Shown here: in pieces, positions 9,729 to 18,255 of the stretch
Position numbering within the stretch: position 1 is the stretch's first letter
How the letters are laid out: each line of letters opens with the position of its first letter
NCBI GenBank assembly: GCA_039190745.1
Contig: JBCCXZ010000034.1
Span: 1-41,742, forward strand
DNA: 41,742 bases
Source: Planctomycetota bacterium
Lineage (GTDB): Bacteria > Planctomycetota > Planctomycetia > Pirellulales > Lacipirellulaceae
Direction of reading: 5' to 3'
The notes under the pieces: generated by a model
What the model saw: the letters and a program-made list of their open reading frames with translations, nothing else
Database searches by the model: none
Told to the model about the DNA's origin: nothing
Program-made: the position numbers and the translations under genes

Positions 9729-10247
9729 ATGGCCGATAACCTAACGAAGCCGGGCAACGGCGAAGCCGAGGGCTGGTCTCCTTGCGCTGCTGGGGAACTG
9801 ACCCAGGCTGCCAGGTCTGCGGCTTCCGCCCGCCGGCAGTCCAAGTGGACCGAGGCCGGCCCAACGGTGGTGGCTTGCTTGCTCATGTCAATAGGCGGGC
9901 TTTACTACATCAGCACCGAAGATGGCCCCGATCTCAACGTGCCAGATATGAACGGTGTCGGTCCCGGCACGGGGCTGGCAGAGTCCTTGGTCCCGCCGTA
10001 CGGCGGAATTTCTTGCTCGGCTTGCTCAGCCCAGTTCAAGGCGTTCCACGACCATCAGCTCAAGACCGTTCTCATGGCCGATGCTGATCTACTGGAACGG
10101 GTCACGCAGCACTTGTTGGACTGCAAGATCTGCCGCGCGAAGTACAACAAAATGTACCCCGGCACGCCCCTCAAAGAGGTGGCCCGTGAGTTGATCCGGA
10201 CGGGCGCCGACCCTGTCCTGCTCGCTGCGGCGTCCGGAGCACGCTAG
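9729..10247 (+). CDS. Single-pass membrane protein with zf-HC2 (anti-sigma-like) motif
   Basis: Hydrophobic segment VVACLLMSIGGLYYI, then GGISC...HLLDCKIC (HxxxCxxC). Confidence 0.7.
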   Translation: MADNLTKPGNGEAEGWSPCAAGELTQAARSAASARRQSKWTEAGPTVVACLLMSIGGLYYISTEDGPDLNVPDMNGVGPGTGLAESLVPPYGGISCSACSAQFKAFHDHQLKTVLMADADLLERVTQHLLDCKICRAKYNKMYPGTPLKEVARELIRTGADPVLLAAASGAR

Positions 10248-10266
10248 AGACTTTGCGTTGGCTGGG

Positions 10267-11757
10267 CTACTGCTCTTCGGCGTCACCCGGTCCCTCGTCT
10301 CCTTGCGACTGCTCGAGGGCAGTCGCGGGCAGCACGTCGCCGGCCGAAGCGAGGTAGTCTTCCGGGGCGGCGAGGAAGCGTTCGCGTTTATCCACGCTCG
10401 TGAATACATAGCGCATCCCGCGTAACCAAGTGCCGATTAGCGGGTTGCCTTCCGTCGGCTTTCCCTCCTCGACGAGGGTCACGATGCAGGTTCCCGACTG
10501 GAACAGGTCTAGGTCGAGAAACTTGGAAGGCTCCGCCTCAAACGCGGATCCCTCGGTTTCACCGGCCAATAGGTACAAGCGGCCCGTCTTGGGGCACCGC
10601 ATCGGTCGGTGCACCGAGCCGTTCACGAAGGTCTCTTCTCTCGCGTACGTGACGACGCAGGCCCCGCGAAGGGCCGGCACGTAGAGGTAGGGGTCGGAGA
10701 TGAACTTGTCTCGCTTTGCTTCACTAGCGAACAAGTAGAGCCGACCGTCGTAGGTTGTGAAGATATCTTCGAGCCCTTTTTTCCAGTCCGGGTCGTCGAT
10801 AATCGATACCGGGCAGAAGCCCGTGAGCATCGGCTCGGAATCTGCTTCGCTCGGCGTCGTACTCGCAAGGTCTTGCGGCTCGGGCGTGGGGGCCGGCGCA
10901 AGGTCTTGTCGGGTTGAAGAGCCGGTTGGCAGACTCGTCGGATTTGACGACCGTTGACCGCTTCCCGCCAGGTGCGGGTCTCTGAAGGGGTTCACCGCTT
11001 GGGCGATCGACGAACCCGCGCTCGCGCCATGCAGCGCCCAGCTCGGTTGCGGGCCCGCCATGAGATAGTCGGCCGGGCTTGCAACAAACCGTTGCTGTTC
11101 GTTCATCCCCGCGAATCGGTACCGGATGCCCGCGACGACGATCGTCGTCTCTTCTCTCCCCGCGACACGGCGTTTCGTGTCGAGCCACCGGACCGGGCAG
11201 TGCCCAGCCAGCGCCAGGTCGGCTTGTTCGAAACGCCCGGGGTCGCTCCGGAACCGTTCTCGGTGTTCATCGGACGCGAAGAAATAGGGTCGTCCTGCGT
11301 GGATCAACCCATACTGAACGGCCCCCACGGTCCGCTCGCCGGTCTCGACGAAGGCGACGGGGCAATCGCCCCCCAACGCGGGTGCGTACCGCAACGGCGC
11401 CGCCACGAACCGATCGTACTCCCGTTCGCCGGAGAGCCGGTAGGTCTGCCCGTCGAGCACCGCGGTGATCCGGCGGTCGCCGTCTTGCCAGATTTGGCGG
11501 TCGCGGAGGCTGACCGGGCAGAAGCCCTGCAGCGCTATCGGGGGTTCGTTGGTTGCGGCAGCCAGTCCTCGGGGTCGCCGGAGAAGGTTGTTCGAGCCGA
11601 AGGGCGCTTGAGGATTGGGCTGCGCTTGCAGGTTCCTCTGTGCCCCGCGACCGAGCGGCTGCGCTAACGCACAGGGGGTCAACAGCCCAAGGCAAAGCAC
11701 CGCCAACGAGCACACTATCCTCGTTGGGTCAACTATACGCTTCGTCGAGCTAACCAT
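10267..11757 (-). CDS. Secreted multi-YHS-repeat protein
   Basis: Signal peptide ending CALAQ; six G-x-C-(P)-V ... G-x-x-Y-x-F ... F-x-x-x-P-x-x-Y/F units. Start uncertain (ORF is open to 11883). Confidence 0.82.
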   Translation of the reverse strand: MVSSTKRIVDPTRIVCSLAVLCLGLLTPCALAQPLGRGAQRNLQAQPNPQAPFGSNNLLRRPRGLAAATNEPPIALQGFCPVSLRDRQIWQDGDRRITAVLDGQTYRLSGEREYDRFVAAPLRYAPALGGDCPVAFVETGERTVGAVQYGLIHAGRPYFFASDEHRERFRSDPGRFEQADLALAGHCPVRWLDTKRRVAGREETTIVVAGIRYRFAGMNEQQRFVASPADYLMAGPQPSWALHGASAGSSIAQAVNPFRDPHLAGSGQRSSNPTSLPTGSSTRQDLAPAPTPEPQDLASTTPSEADSEPMLTGFCPVSIIDDPDWKKGLEDIFTTYDGRLYLFASEAKRDKFISDPYLYVPALRGACVVTYAREETFVNGSVHRPMRCPKTGRLYLLAGETEGSAFEAEPSKFLDLDLFQSGTCIVTLVEEGKPTEGNPLIGTWLRGMRYVFTSVDKRERFLAAPEDYLASAGDVLPATALEQSQGDEGPGDAEEQ

Positions 11758-11936
11758 ACGCCGCGCAACGCCCTTGTCAGCCTTGACCGGGGTGTAAACC
11801 AGGGCGGCGGAGTGTAGAAGGAGCCGGCGTGTGCGCCGACAGCGGAAAAGTCGGCATAGCCGCGGATTCCGACGAGCTAGCAAGCCGCCCTCCCCAGGGC
11901 GCGGCCAACGAACCAGAAAAGCACCCAGGCAAGAAA

Positions 11937-12036
11937 GCGGCCACGGGGAGGCGGCGCCGACAGCGTGCCGCGCCGCCGTAGGCAGCGGGCGGGTTGGGGT
12001 TGGGGGTTACTGCCGGCGCCGTCTCCGCACGGCCGC
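11937..12036 (-). repeat. Long intergenic hairpin (~28-bp imperfect stem) enclosing a G-quadruplex motif on the + strand
   Basis: Minus-strand arms GCGGCCGTGCGGAGACGGCGCCGGCAGT and GCTGTCGGCGCCGCCTCCCCGTGGCCGC, followed by TTTCTT. GGGCGGGTTGGGGTTGGGGG at 11987-12006. Confidence 0.7.
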
Positions 12037-12094
12037 CAAACAACTCTAGGGTCTGCCGAGGACCGCTTCTGTGAGTCTTGCTACACAGAACCTT

Positions 12095-13912
12095 CTAGCC
12101 CGCTGGCCTGCTCTTTTCAAAGCAGCGATCGGCTTGCCAGAACAGCTCGACCAACAACGCGAGCAGGACCAGACCGTGTTCGATGGGGACGACGATGAAA
12201 TAGAAGAAATTCGCGCCGAGATAATCAGTGCCCAAGACAGTTGAGCCGCCGAAGTGGGCCAAGAGCCAGAACCGCAGGTAGTAGACCAATACCAAGCCAG
12301 AGAATATATGCCAGGCACGCAGGCGGACGAACGGCAACAGCGGAACGGCCCAGCACCAATACCAGGGGTTCTGTGTCGGGCAGAGCAGCCAGAACCACGC
12401 GATCGTCAACGCGGCCGCCTGCAGTGTAAGAACAGGCGGATCGCCCGGGCGTGAACCCCGCCAGGCAAACACGCAGGCCAACACCAGCGTGGCGAACCCG
12501 GTAACTATTCGGGCCAGCAGGAACGAGAGCCTCTTCTCGGTCAGTCTTCCCTCTCCGAGCGATTCTCCGCGGCCGAGGCTGAGCACTTGGCGGAACGCCT
12601 CGGTGGCAGCCGTAGCCAAAGCGTCCGGGACAACGGCGAACCACGGCCGTTCTTGGGGGGGCTGGTGATCGTGGGGGCGGAGGTTCTCCAGCACCAGCAT
12701 GAACAGCAGGTCGTTCATCTCCCAAGACTGCAGGAACGCCCGGAGCCCCGCGGCGGAGTCTGCGGTCTCGGCCACGGCCCCTTCGGACACAGAAGTTACT
12801 GGCGTCGGAATCGAAACGGGCCCCGCTGCTGGGGGAGGCGTGAGCACAATCGTCTCGCCCTGGGCGGCGTCTTGGCCCCCTGACGTGAACATTGGCAGCA
12901 AGACCGCCGCAGAGAGCAGACTTCCCGCGAGCAATCCGGCAGATGCAGTCTTCCAACCGCCGCGACGCAGCCAGTACGCGGCAAACAGCGGCAGGAGCAC
13001 AAGCGGGTAGAGCTTCGCGCCGACGCCCAAAGCCAAAACAAGCGCGGCGGGTAGCGTGCCCCGCAGCGGCGTGGTTCGCAAACGATCGCCGCTCCCTGAT
13101 CGCACCAGCAGCAACAACGCCAAACAGGTCAGCAGCACCGCGATCGAATCGAGGTGCCCGCTGTTGGCAAACTCTTTCAGAGCGAGCGGGCACCAGGCGT
13201 AGACGACTGCCCAACCGCTGTGCATCCCGCAGTGCCTCAGCAGGGCGAAGACGGTCCAGAGCGTAGCCAAGTCGAACGCAACGATCCATGCCTTGAGGAT
13301 GGTGATCCGCACGTGGGGCGACGAGGCGTCGGGCGTTGTGGCGTCGGCGAGGGCGAACACCGCTTGGCTGACCGGCGGGTACGGCGACGGCAGCCATTCG
13401 TAGTGGACCCGTTGCAGGCTGGACCACAGCGACTTGCTCCGCTGTTGTGCTTCGACGAGGCGTTTCAGCATCGGTTCGAGGGCCGGAGTGTCTCCCCTCA
13501 GTGCAGCTTCGACGACCACACCGGGCGGGTAGCGGTACGGGCTTACCCCGGCGTTCACTGCCGCGCCGTCCCAAACATACCTGTGGAGATCGACCTCGTG
13601 GATCGGGTTCGAGGGCAGCAAAGCTAGTCGGCTTAGGACCGCGAACGCCCAGACGACTCTGCGTAGACCTCGCGTGTCGGAGACCTTCAGAGAAACCGCA
13701 ATGGCCGCGTAGTAGCATGCGGTAGCAGACGCCATCAGAACCAAGAAAAAGATCGTCGGCCGGTCCGTTTTCGGCTGCCCTGAAGCAAACTCAGTGCTGA
13801 TCCAAAGTACCGCGCAGCAAATGACCGTGATGGCTATGCCCAGGCCGATTGGCCAGGCCAGTTCGCTCCGGAAGTGTGCAGGCGTTGCGACCCCTTGCCC
13901 GACCCGGTTCAT
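12095..13912 (-). CDS. Polytopic membrane glycosyltransferase (GT-C, GT87/DUF2029-like)
   Basis: DLHRYVWDG, SPYRYPP, YPPVSQ, YAWCPLALKEFANSGHLD, KLYP, NPWYWCW and many TM helices. ATGA overlap with the upstream GT2 stop. Confidence 0.85.
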   Translation of the reverse strand: MNRVGQGVATPAHFRSELAWPIGLGIAITVICCAVLWISTEFASGQPKTDRPTIFFLVLMASATACYYAAIAVSLKVSDTRGLRRVVWAFAVLSRLALLPSNPIHEVDLHRYVWDGAAVNAGVSPYRYPPGVVVEAALRGDTPALEPMLKRLVEAQQRSKSLWSSLQRVHYEWLPSPYPPVSQAVFALADATTPDASSPHVRITILKAWIVAFDLATLWTVFALLRHCGMHSGWAVVYAWCPLALKEFANSGHLDSIAVLLTCLALLLLVRSGSGDRLRTTPLRGTLPAALVLALGVGAKLYPLVLLPLFAAYWLRRGGWKTASAGLLAGSLLSAAVLLPMFTSGGQDAAQGETIVLTPPPAAGPVSIPTPVTSVSEGAVAETADSAAGLRAFLQSWEMNDLLFMLVLENLRPHDHQPPQERPWFAVVPDALATAATEAFRQVLSLGRGESLGEGRLTEKRLSFLLARIVTGFATLVLACVFAWRGSRPGDPPVLTLQAAALTIAWFWLLCPTQNPWYWCWAVPLLPFVRLRAWHIFSGLVLVYYLRFWLLAHFGGSTVLGTDYLGANFFYFIVVPIEHGLVLLALLVELFWQADRCFEKSRPAG

Positions 13913-14637
13913 GACGGCGCCCCTCTTTGGGGCACGGCCGGTTTCCAGGCGGCGTAGCGGGCGATGGTCCACAGGATCTTGCAGCCCGCCCGCACCGAAC
14001 CGCTCACCGTACCGCTGATCTTGCTTATGCCGATCCGCTTCCGGTAGGGAACGGGGGCCTCGCGGCAGCGGAGCCCGGCTTTGGCCGCCTTGATCTGCAT
14101 CTCGATGGTCCAGCCAAAGTTTGTGTCTTGCATGCCGAGCGACTCAAGGGCGGACCAGCCGATCACACGGAACGGCCCCAGGTCGGTGTAGTCCGCGTCA
14201 AACAACAAACGCATGAGCCCGCAGGCGAGCCGGTTGCCGAACACCGCCTGCGGCGGCATGGCGCCGGGCTCGCGCTCGCCGAGCATCCGCGAGCCGAGCA
14301 TCAGGTCGCACTCCCCGCTCAGAACGGGGGCAGCCAACTCAGGCAGCACGTCGGGGTGGTCGCTGTAGTCGCCGTCGAGGAACGCCACCGCGATCGGCGG
14401 GTCGGGCAATTGCCGCAGATGGGCCAGTCCCGCCAGGCACGCCGAGCCGTAGCCGCGGCGCTCCTCGCGCACCACCGCGGTGCCGGCTTCAACGGCCGCC
14501 TCGGCGGAGCCGTCGGTGCTGCCGTTGTCGACCACCACCACGCGGCCGACCTCAGGCAGGTCGCGCAGCACCAGCGGTAACGAGGCCGCCTCGTTGTAGA
14601 CCGGGATCACGACGGCTACGCCGGAAAGATCGCTCAC
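13909..14637 (-). CDS. Glycosyltransferase family 2 (DPM-synthase-like)
   Basis: VVIPVYNE, VVVDNGSTDGS, RGYGSAC, FLDGDYSD, TDLGPFR, GWTIEMQ, SKISGT. Confidence 0.95.
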   Translation of the reverse strand: MSDLSGVAVVIPVYNEAASLPLVLRDLPEVGRVVVVDNGSTDGSAEAAVEAGTAVVREERRGYGSACLAGLAHLRQLPDPPIAVAFLDGDYSDHPDVLPELAAPVLSGECDLMLGSRMLGEREPGAMPPQAVFGNRLACGLMRLLFDADYTDLGPFRVIGWSALESLGMQDTNFGWTIEMQIKAAKAGLRCREAPVPYRKRIGISKISGTVSGSVRAGCKILWTIARYAAWKPAVPQRGAPS

Positions 14638-14909
14638 GGGCCGTCGCCCCGCGATCGGTTCAGCGCCAACCTACCGAGCCGACTGGCCGACGGCACAAGA
14701 CCCGTCGCTGCAACCGGCGCAGCTTGAGCAACCTCCGCTGCCCATGGGGGCGGCGCATCCAATGAGAATTTGAAGGCAGACAACGGCGGCAAGGAGCAAA
14801 GTACTTTTCTTGAACACGATGAGCATTCCTTTGCTGATCGAACAGTAGCGGATGAGGAGGCTGCGGTGCGGCGTGAGGCCGCCCCTGCCTTGGGGATCAT
14901 CGGAAACAT
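14634..14909 (-). CDS. Possible small hypothetical protein
   Basis: 91-aa ORF whose TGA overlaps the GT2 GTG (GTGA). Contains CSSC...C; no recognised family. Confidence 0.35.
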   Translation of the reverse strand: MFPMIPKAGAASRRTAASSSATVRSAKECSSCSRKVLCSLPPLSAFKFSLDAPPPWAAEVAQAAPVAATGLVPSASRLGRLALNRSRGDGP

Positions 14910-15010
14910 GCGATCGTGGCGTCTGTGCGATTGGTTACTAGAGGGCGAACGGGGCCCTGTCGAGTGCTATCATAAGCGTCGGACCACCGACCGAGGCAAC
15001 CGCCCCGCCC

Positions 15011-15880
15011 ATGGCAAGAGACCAACAACAGACAGCGAAGCCGGCGTTGGTGACCGGCGCCGGCAGCGGCCTCGGCCGGGCGTTTTGTTTGCGGCTGGCT
15101 CGGGAAGGCGCCTGGCACGTGATCGTGGCGGATGTCGACCAGGAAGGAGCCGCGGAGACGTTGGAAGAAATCCGCCGCCACGGGGCCGCCGGCGAGACGG
15201 CTGTTTTCGACGTGCGGGATGAATCTGCCTGGAAAGACCTCTCCAGCCGCGTGGAGCAGCGTTGGTCGAGCCTCCGCCTCCTGGTGAACAACGCCGGCGC
15301 CTGCGCTTCGGGCGTGGTCGCTGAAGGCGGGGAACCGCATGCTGAGCCCGACGCATGGCGCCGGCTGATGGAGCTGCACTACTTTGGCACGCTCTACGGT
15401 TGCCGCACGTTTGTCCCGGCGATGCAGGCAGCCGGGCGGGGTGCCGTCATTAATGTCGCATCGATCGCCGGTTGGCTCGCCGTGCCTGGCATGGGCGCCT
15501 ACAACGCCTCGAAGGCCGCGGTGGTGTCGCTCACCGAGACGCTCCACGGCGAGCTCCGCGGCAGCGGGGTGAACGTCACGCTCGTCGGGCCCGGTTTCTT
15601 TCAGACCCGGCTGTTGGAACGCGGCGAGTTTGCTCACCCGGCCCATCGCAGCCGGGCCGAAGAGTTGGCCGCGTCGTCCGGCTTCACCGCGGAGGACGTT
15701 GTCGAGGCCGCGTTGCGGACGTCGCGCAAGAACCGACTCTACTCGGTGGTCGGCTGGCGGGCCCGGTTGTTCTGGCGATGGAAACGAATGGCGCCGGCCA
15801 GCCTGGCTGGTGTGCTGTCCGACCGCTACCGTCGGCTCATGGCCCAAGACGCCGTCGCGGGAGACGACGCGGCCGATTGA
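15011..15880 (+). CDS. Short-chain dehydrogenase/reductase
   Basis: TGAGSGLG, LVNNAG, NVASIAG, YNASK, PGFFQT. Confidence 0.95.
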   Translation: MARDQQQTAKPALVTGAGSGLGRAFCLRLAREGAWHVIVADVDQEGAAETLEEIRRHGAAGETAVFDVRDESAWKDLSSRVEQRWSSLRLLVNNAGACASGVVAEGGEPHAEPDAWRRLMELHYFGTLYGCRTFVPAMQAAGRGAVINVASIAGWLAVPGMGAYNASKAAVVSLTETLHGELRGSGVNVTLVGPGFFQTRLLERGEFAHPAHRSRAEELAASSGFTAEDVVEAALRTSRKNRLYSVVGWRARLFWRWKRMAPASLAGVLSDRYRRLMAQDAVAGDDAAD

Positions 15881-15940
15881 CGACGCAGCCCAAGCCGCGG
15901 TATCGATAGCGGTCGATCACACCCACCAAAGAACGGACCG

Positions 15941-16516
15941 ATGCTCCACCTTCAAAGCGAAACCGACGCCCGCTGGCTTGCGCAGGTCGACGCCCATCTC
16001 GACGAGATGCTCATCGACCACGCCCACTGCGAGAAGAAGGCCGCCGGAACGGCGCTCAACCTCATCTTCCACTACGTCGAGCACGCCGAGCTGTGCCGCG
16101 AGATGACCGAGATCGTCAACGAAGAGCTCGAGCACTTCCACATGGTGCTCGACCTGCTTGCCAAACGAGGCGTGCGGTTCCGCCGGCTCAAGCCGAGCCA
16201 GTACGGCCGGAAGCTGAACGACCTCGTCTCCAAGCAGGAGCCCCAACGGGCCGTCGACCGCCTGCTGGTCGCGGGGCTGATCGAGGCCCGCAGCTGCGAG
16301 CGGTTCCACGCCCTGGCCGAGCACGTTGACGACCAGGAACTGGCCGACTTCTACGGCGGGCTGTTCGAGTCGGAGGCCCGGCACCACACGACGTACACCC
16401 GGTTGGCGAAGCATTACGCCCCTGAGGACGACGTGATGCGGCGGCTCGACGAGCTGGCGGCGATCGAAGCCGAGATCATGTCCGTGGGGGAAGAACTGCC
16501 CCGGATGCACAGCTAA
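15941..16516 (+). CDS. miaE: tRNA-(ms2io6A37) hydroxylase
   Basis: DHAHCEKKAA, EELEHF, LIEARSCERF, ESEARH and RMHS; di-iron ferritin-like motifs. Confidence 0.95.
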   Translation: MLHLQSETDARWLAQVDAHLDEMLIDHAHCEKKAAGTALNLIFHYVEHAELCREMTEIVNEELEHFHMVLDLLAKRGVRFRRLKPSQYGRKLNDLVSKQEPQRAVDRLLVAGLIEARSCERFHALAEHVDDQELADFYGGLFESEARHHTTYTRLAKHYAPEDDVMRRLDELAAIEAEIMSVGEELPRMHS

Positions 16517-16519
16517 GCG

Positions 16520-16607
16520 GGATGTCGAATGACGAATGAGGAATGACGAATCCCGTGGCTGGTTTAGCCTCTGCCCTTCGGGCTTCGTCATTCGTCATTC
16601 CTAATTC
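16520..16607. repeat. Inverted arrays of heptamer repeats (GAATGAC)n ... (GTCATTC)n
   Basis: GGATGTC GAATGAC GAATGAG GAATGAC GAATCCC (16520-16554) and GCCCTTC GGGCTTC GTCATTC GTCATTC CTAATTC (16573-16607). Confidence 0.85.
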
Positions 16608-16704
16608 CCTCTACCGCTCGCGTGCGGCCTTTGCGGCTAGTACAATACCGGGCTCGCCGCAGGGCGGCGCCACGAAACTAACAGCGGAATCCACGGTAAG
16701 CACG

Positions 16705-17766
16705 ATGAAGATCGCGGTGATTGGCGGAGACGGCACGGGCCCCGAAGTGGCGGCCGAGGGCGTGAAGGTATTGGAGTCGGTCGCGAAGATCGAGAAGTTC
16801 GAATTCGAACTGACGCACCTCGACTGGGGCGGCGACCGCTACCTCAAGACGGGCGAGGCCCTGCCCGCCGACGGCGTCGACCAGCTCCGCCAGTTCGACG
16901 CGGTGCTCTTGGGCGCGGTCGGCCACCCCGACGTGGCGCCGGGCATCCTCGAGCGGAAGCTGCTGCTGGACCTCCGCTTCGGCCTCGACCAGTACATCAA
17001 CCTCCGCCCGGTGAAGCTCTTCCCAGGCGTCGAGACGCCGCTGAAGGACAAGGGCCCAGACGACATCGACTTCGTGGTCGTCCGCGAGAACACCGAAGAC
17101 CTCTACTGCGGCGCCGGCGGCTTCATGCACAAGGGCACGCCCAACGAGGTTGCCACGCAAACGGCCATCTACACCCGCAAGGGTTGCGAGCGCTGCATCC
17201 GCTACGCCTTCGAGTACTGCCAGAAGCGCAACAACCCCAAGGGCAAGCGGCTGACGCTGGTCGCCAAGACCAACGTGCTGACCACCGGGCACGACCTCTG
17301 GTGGCGCACCTTCCAGGAAGTCGCGAAGGACTACCCGGACGTTGAGACCGACTACAACCACGTCGACGCGTGCTGCATGTGGATCGTGAAGAACCCCGAG
17401 TTCTACGACGTGATTGTCACCACGAACATGTTCGGCGACATCATCACCGATCTCTCGGGCATCATCCAGGGCGGCATGGGCGTGGCGGCCGGCGGCAACA
17501 TCAACCCCGACCCCGGCGGCGTGAGCATGTTCGAGCCGATGGGCGGCAGCGCTCCCAAGTACACCGGCACGGGCAAGATCAACCCCATCGCCACGATCAA
17601 CGCGGTGGGCATGCTGCTCGAACAGTCCGGCCAGCAAGCGGCCTCCGAGCGGGTGATGTCCGCCATCATGCACGTCACGGCCGAGAAAATGAAAAGCCAG
17701 TCCGCCGGCAAGATGGGGTACTCCACCAGCGAAGTGGGCGACTTAGTTGTAGACGCCTTGGCCTAG
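16705..17766 (+). CDS. leuB: 3-isopropylmalate dehydrogenase
   Basis: IAVIGGDGTGPEV, LGAVGHP, ILERKLLLDLRFGLDQYINLRP, VRENTE, KTNV, NMFGDIITD, MFEPMGGSAP. Confidence 0.92.
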   Translation: MKIAVIGGDGTGPEVAAEGVKVLESVAKIEKFEFELTHLDWGGDRYLKTGEALPADGVDQLRQFDAVLLGAVGHPDVAPGILERKLLLDLRFGLDQYINLRPVKLFPGVETPLKDKGPDDIDFVVVRENTEDLYCGAGGFMHKGTPNEVATQTAIYTRKGCERCIRYAFEYCQKRNNPKGKRLTLVAKTNVLTTGHDLWWRTFQEVAKDYPDVETDYNHVDACCMWIVKNPEFYDVIVTTNMFGDIITDLSGIIQGGMGVAAGGNINPDPGGVSMFEPMGGSAPKYTGTGKINPIATINAVGMLLEQSGQQAASERVMSAIMHVTAEKMKSQSAGKMGYSTSEVGDLVVDALA

Positions 17767-17817
17767 CGGACTGGGGCTCTGCAGTACTTCCCTGCGTCAC
17801 CAACCCGGAGGAGCGTT

Positions 17818-18144
17818 GTGGTTCTCAAGCGAATCGACCCCTTTTCTTGCGGGCAGGTCTTAGGTGTGTTGTATGCGGCTTTCGGGCTTGTTTTTGGTGG
17901 GTTCTTCTCTCTAGTTGCCGTCCTCGGGGCAGCTGCCCAGCAAGACGGGGGACCGGGGGCAGCCGGCGGCATCATCATGGGGGTCGCCGCGGTTGTCATC
18001 ATGCCGGTGATGTACGGTGTGATGGGCTTCTTAGGCGGACTGATTGGCGCTTTTCTCTACAACCTCGCAGCAGGATTCATTGGGGGCGTCCGCGTCGAAT
18101 TCGAGCAGTTCGATCAAATCCAGCAGTCCGAGCCGTTCTCTTAG
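17818..18144 (+). CDS. Small two-helix membrane protein (DUF3566-like)
   Basis: LKRIDPFS...LYNLAAGFIGGVRVE pattern, two hydrophobic segments, GGAGGAG RBS. Confidence 0.8.
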   Translation: MVLKRIDPFSCGQVLGVLYAAFGLVFGGFFSLVAVLGAAAQQDGGPGAAGGIIMGVAAVVIMPVMYGVMGFLGGLIGAFLYNLAAGFIGGVRVEFEQFDQIQQSEPFS

Positions 18145-18255
18145 GCCGGCCTTTGTGGGGCTGTTTGCCGCGGACGATTCCCGGGCTAAAATTCTAGCCG
18201 CGGATCTTCTTCCGCGCCGGAACCCACCTAAGACGCCCGCCTGAGAATACTCCCC

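Noticed and set aside
12067..12090. TTCTGTG-N10-CACAGAA inverted repeat or second CRP-like site
   Set aside because: Short, with two mismatches to the CRP consensus; could be chance.
10267..14909. Selenocysteine recoding or a horizontally acquired island around the YHS/GT genes
   Set aside because: No in-frame TGA in the YHS ORF, and no integrase, tRNA target or flanking direct repeats. The compositional shift could not be quantified by eye.
16520..16607. CRISPR array
   Set aside because: Units are 7 nt with no unique spacers, and there are no cas genes in the window.
16543..16704. N-terminal extension of leuB or a leucine attenuator peptide
   Set aside because: The extension reads through the heptamer repeat, homology begins at MKIAVIGGDG, and no Leu-rich leader ORF was seen.
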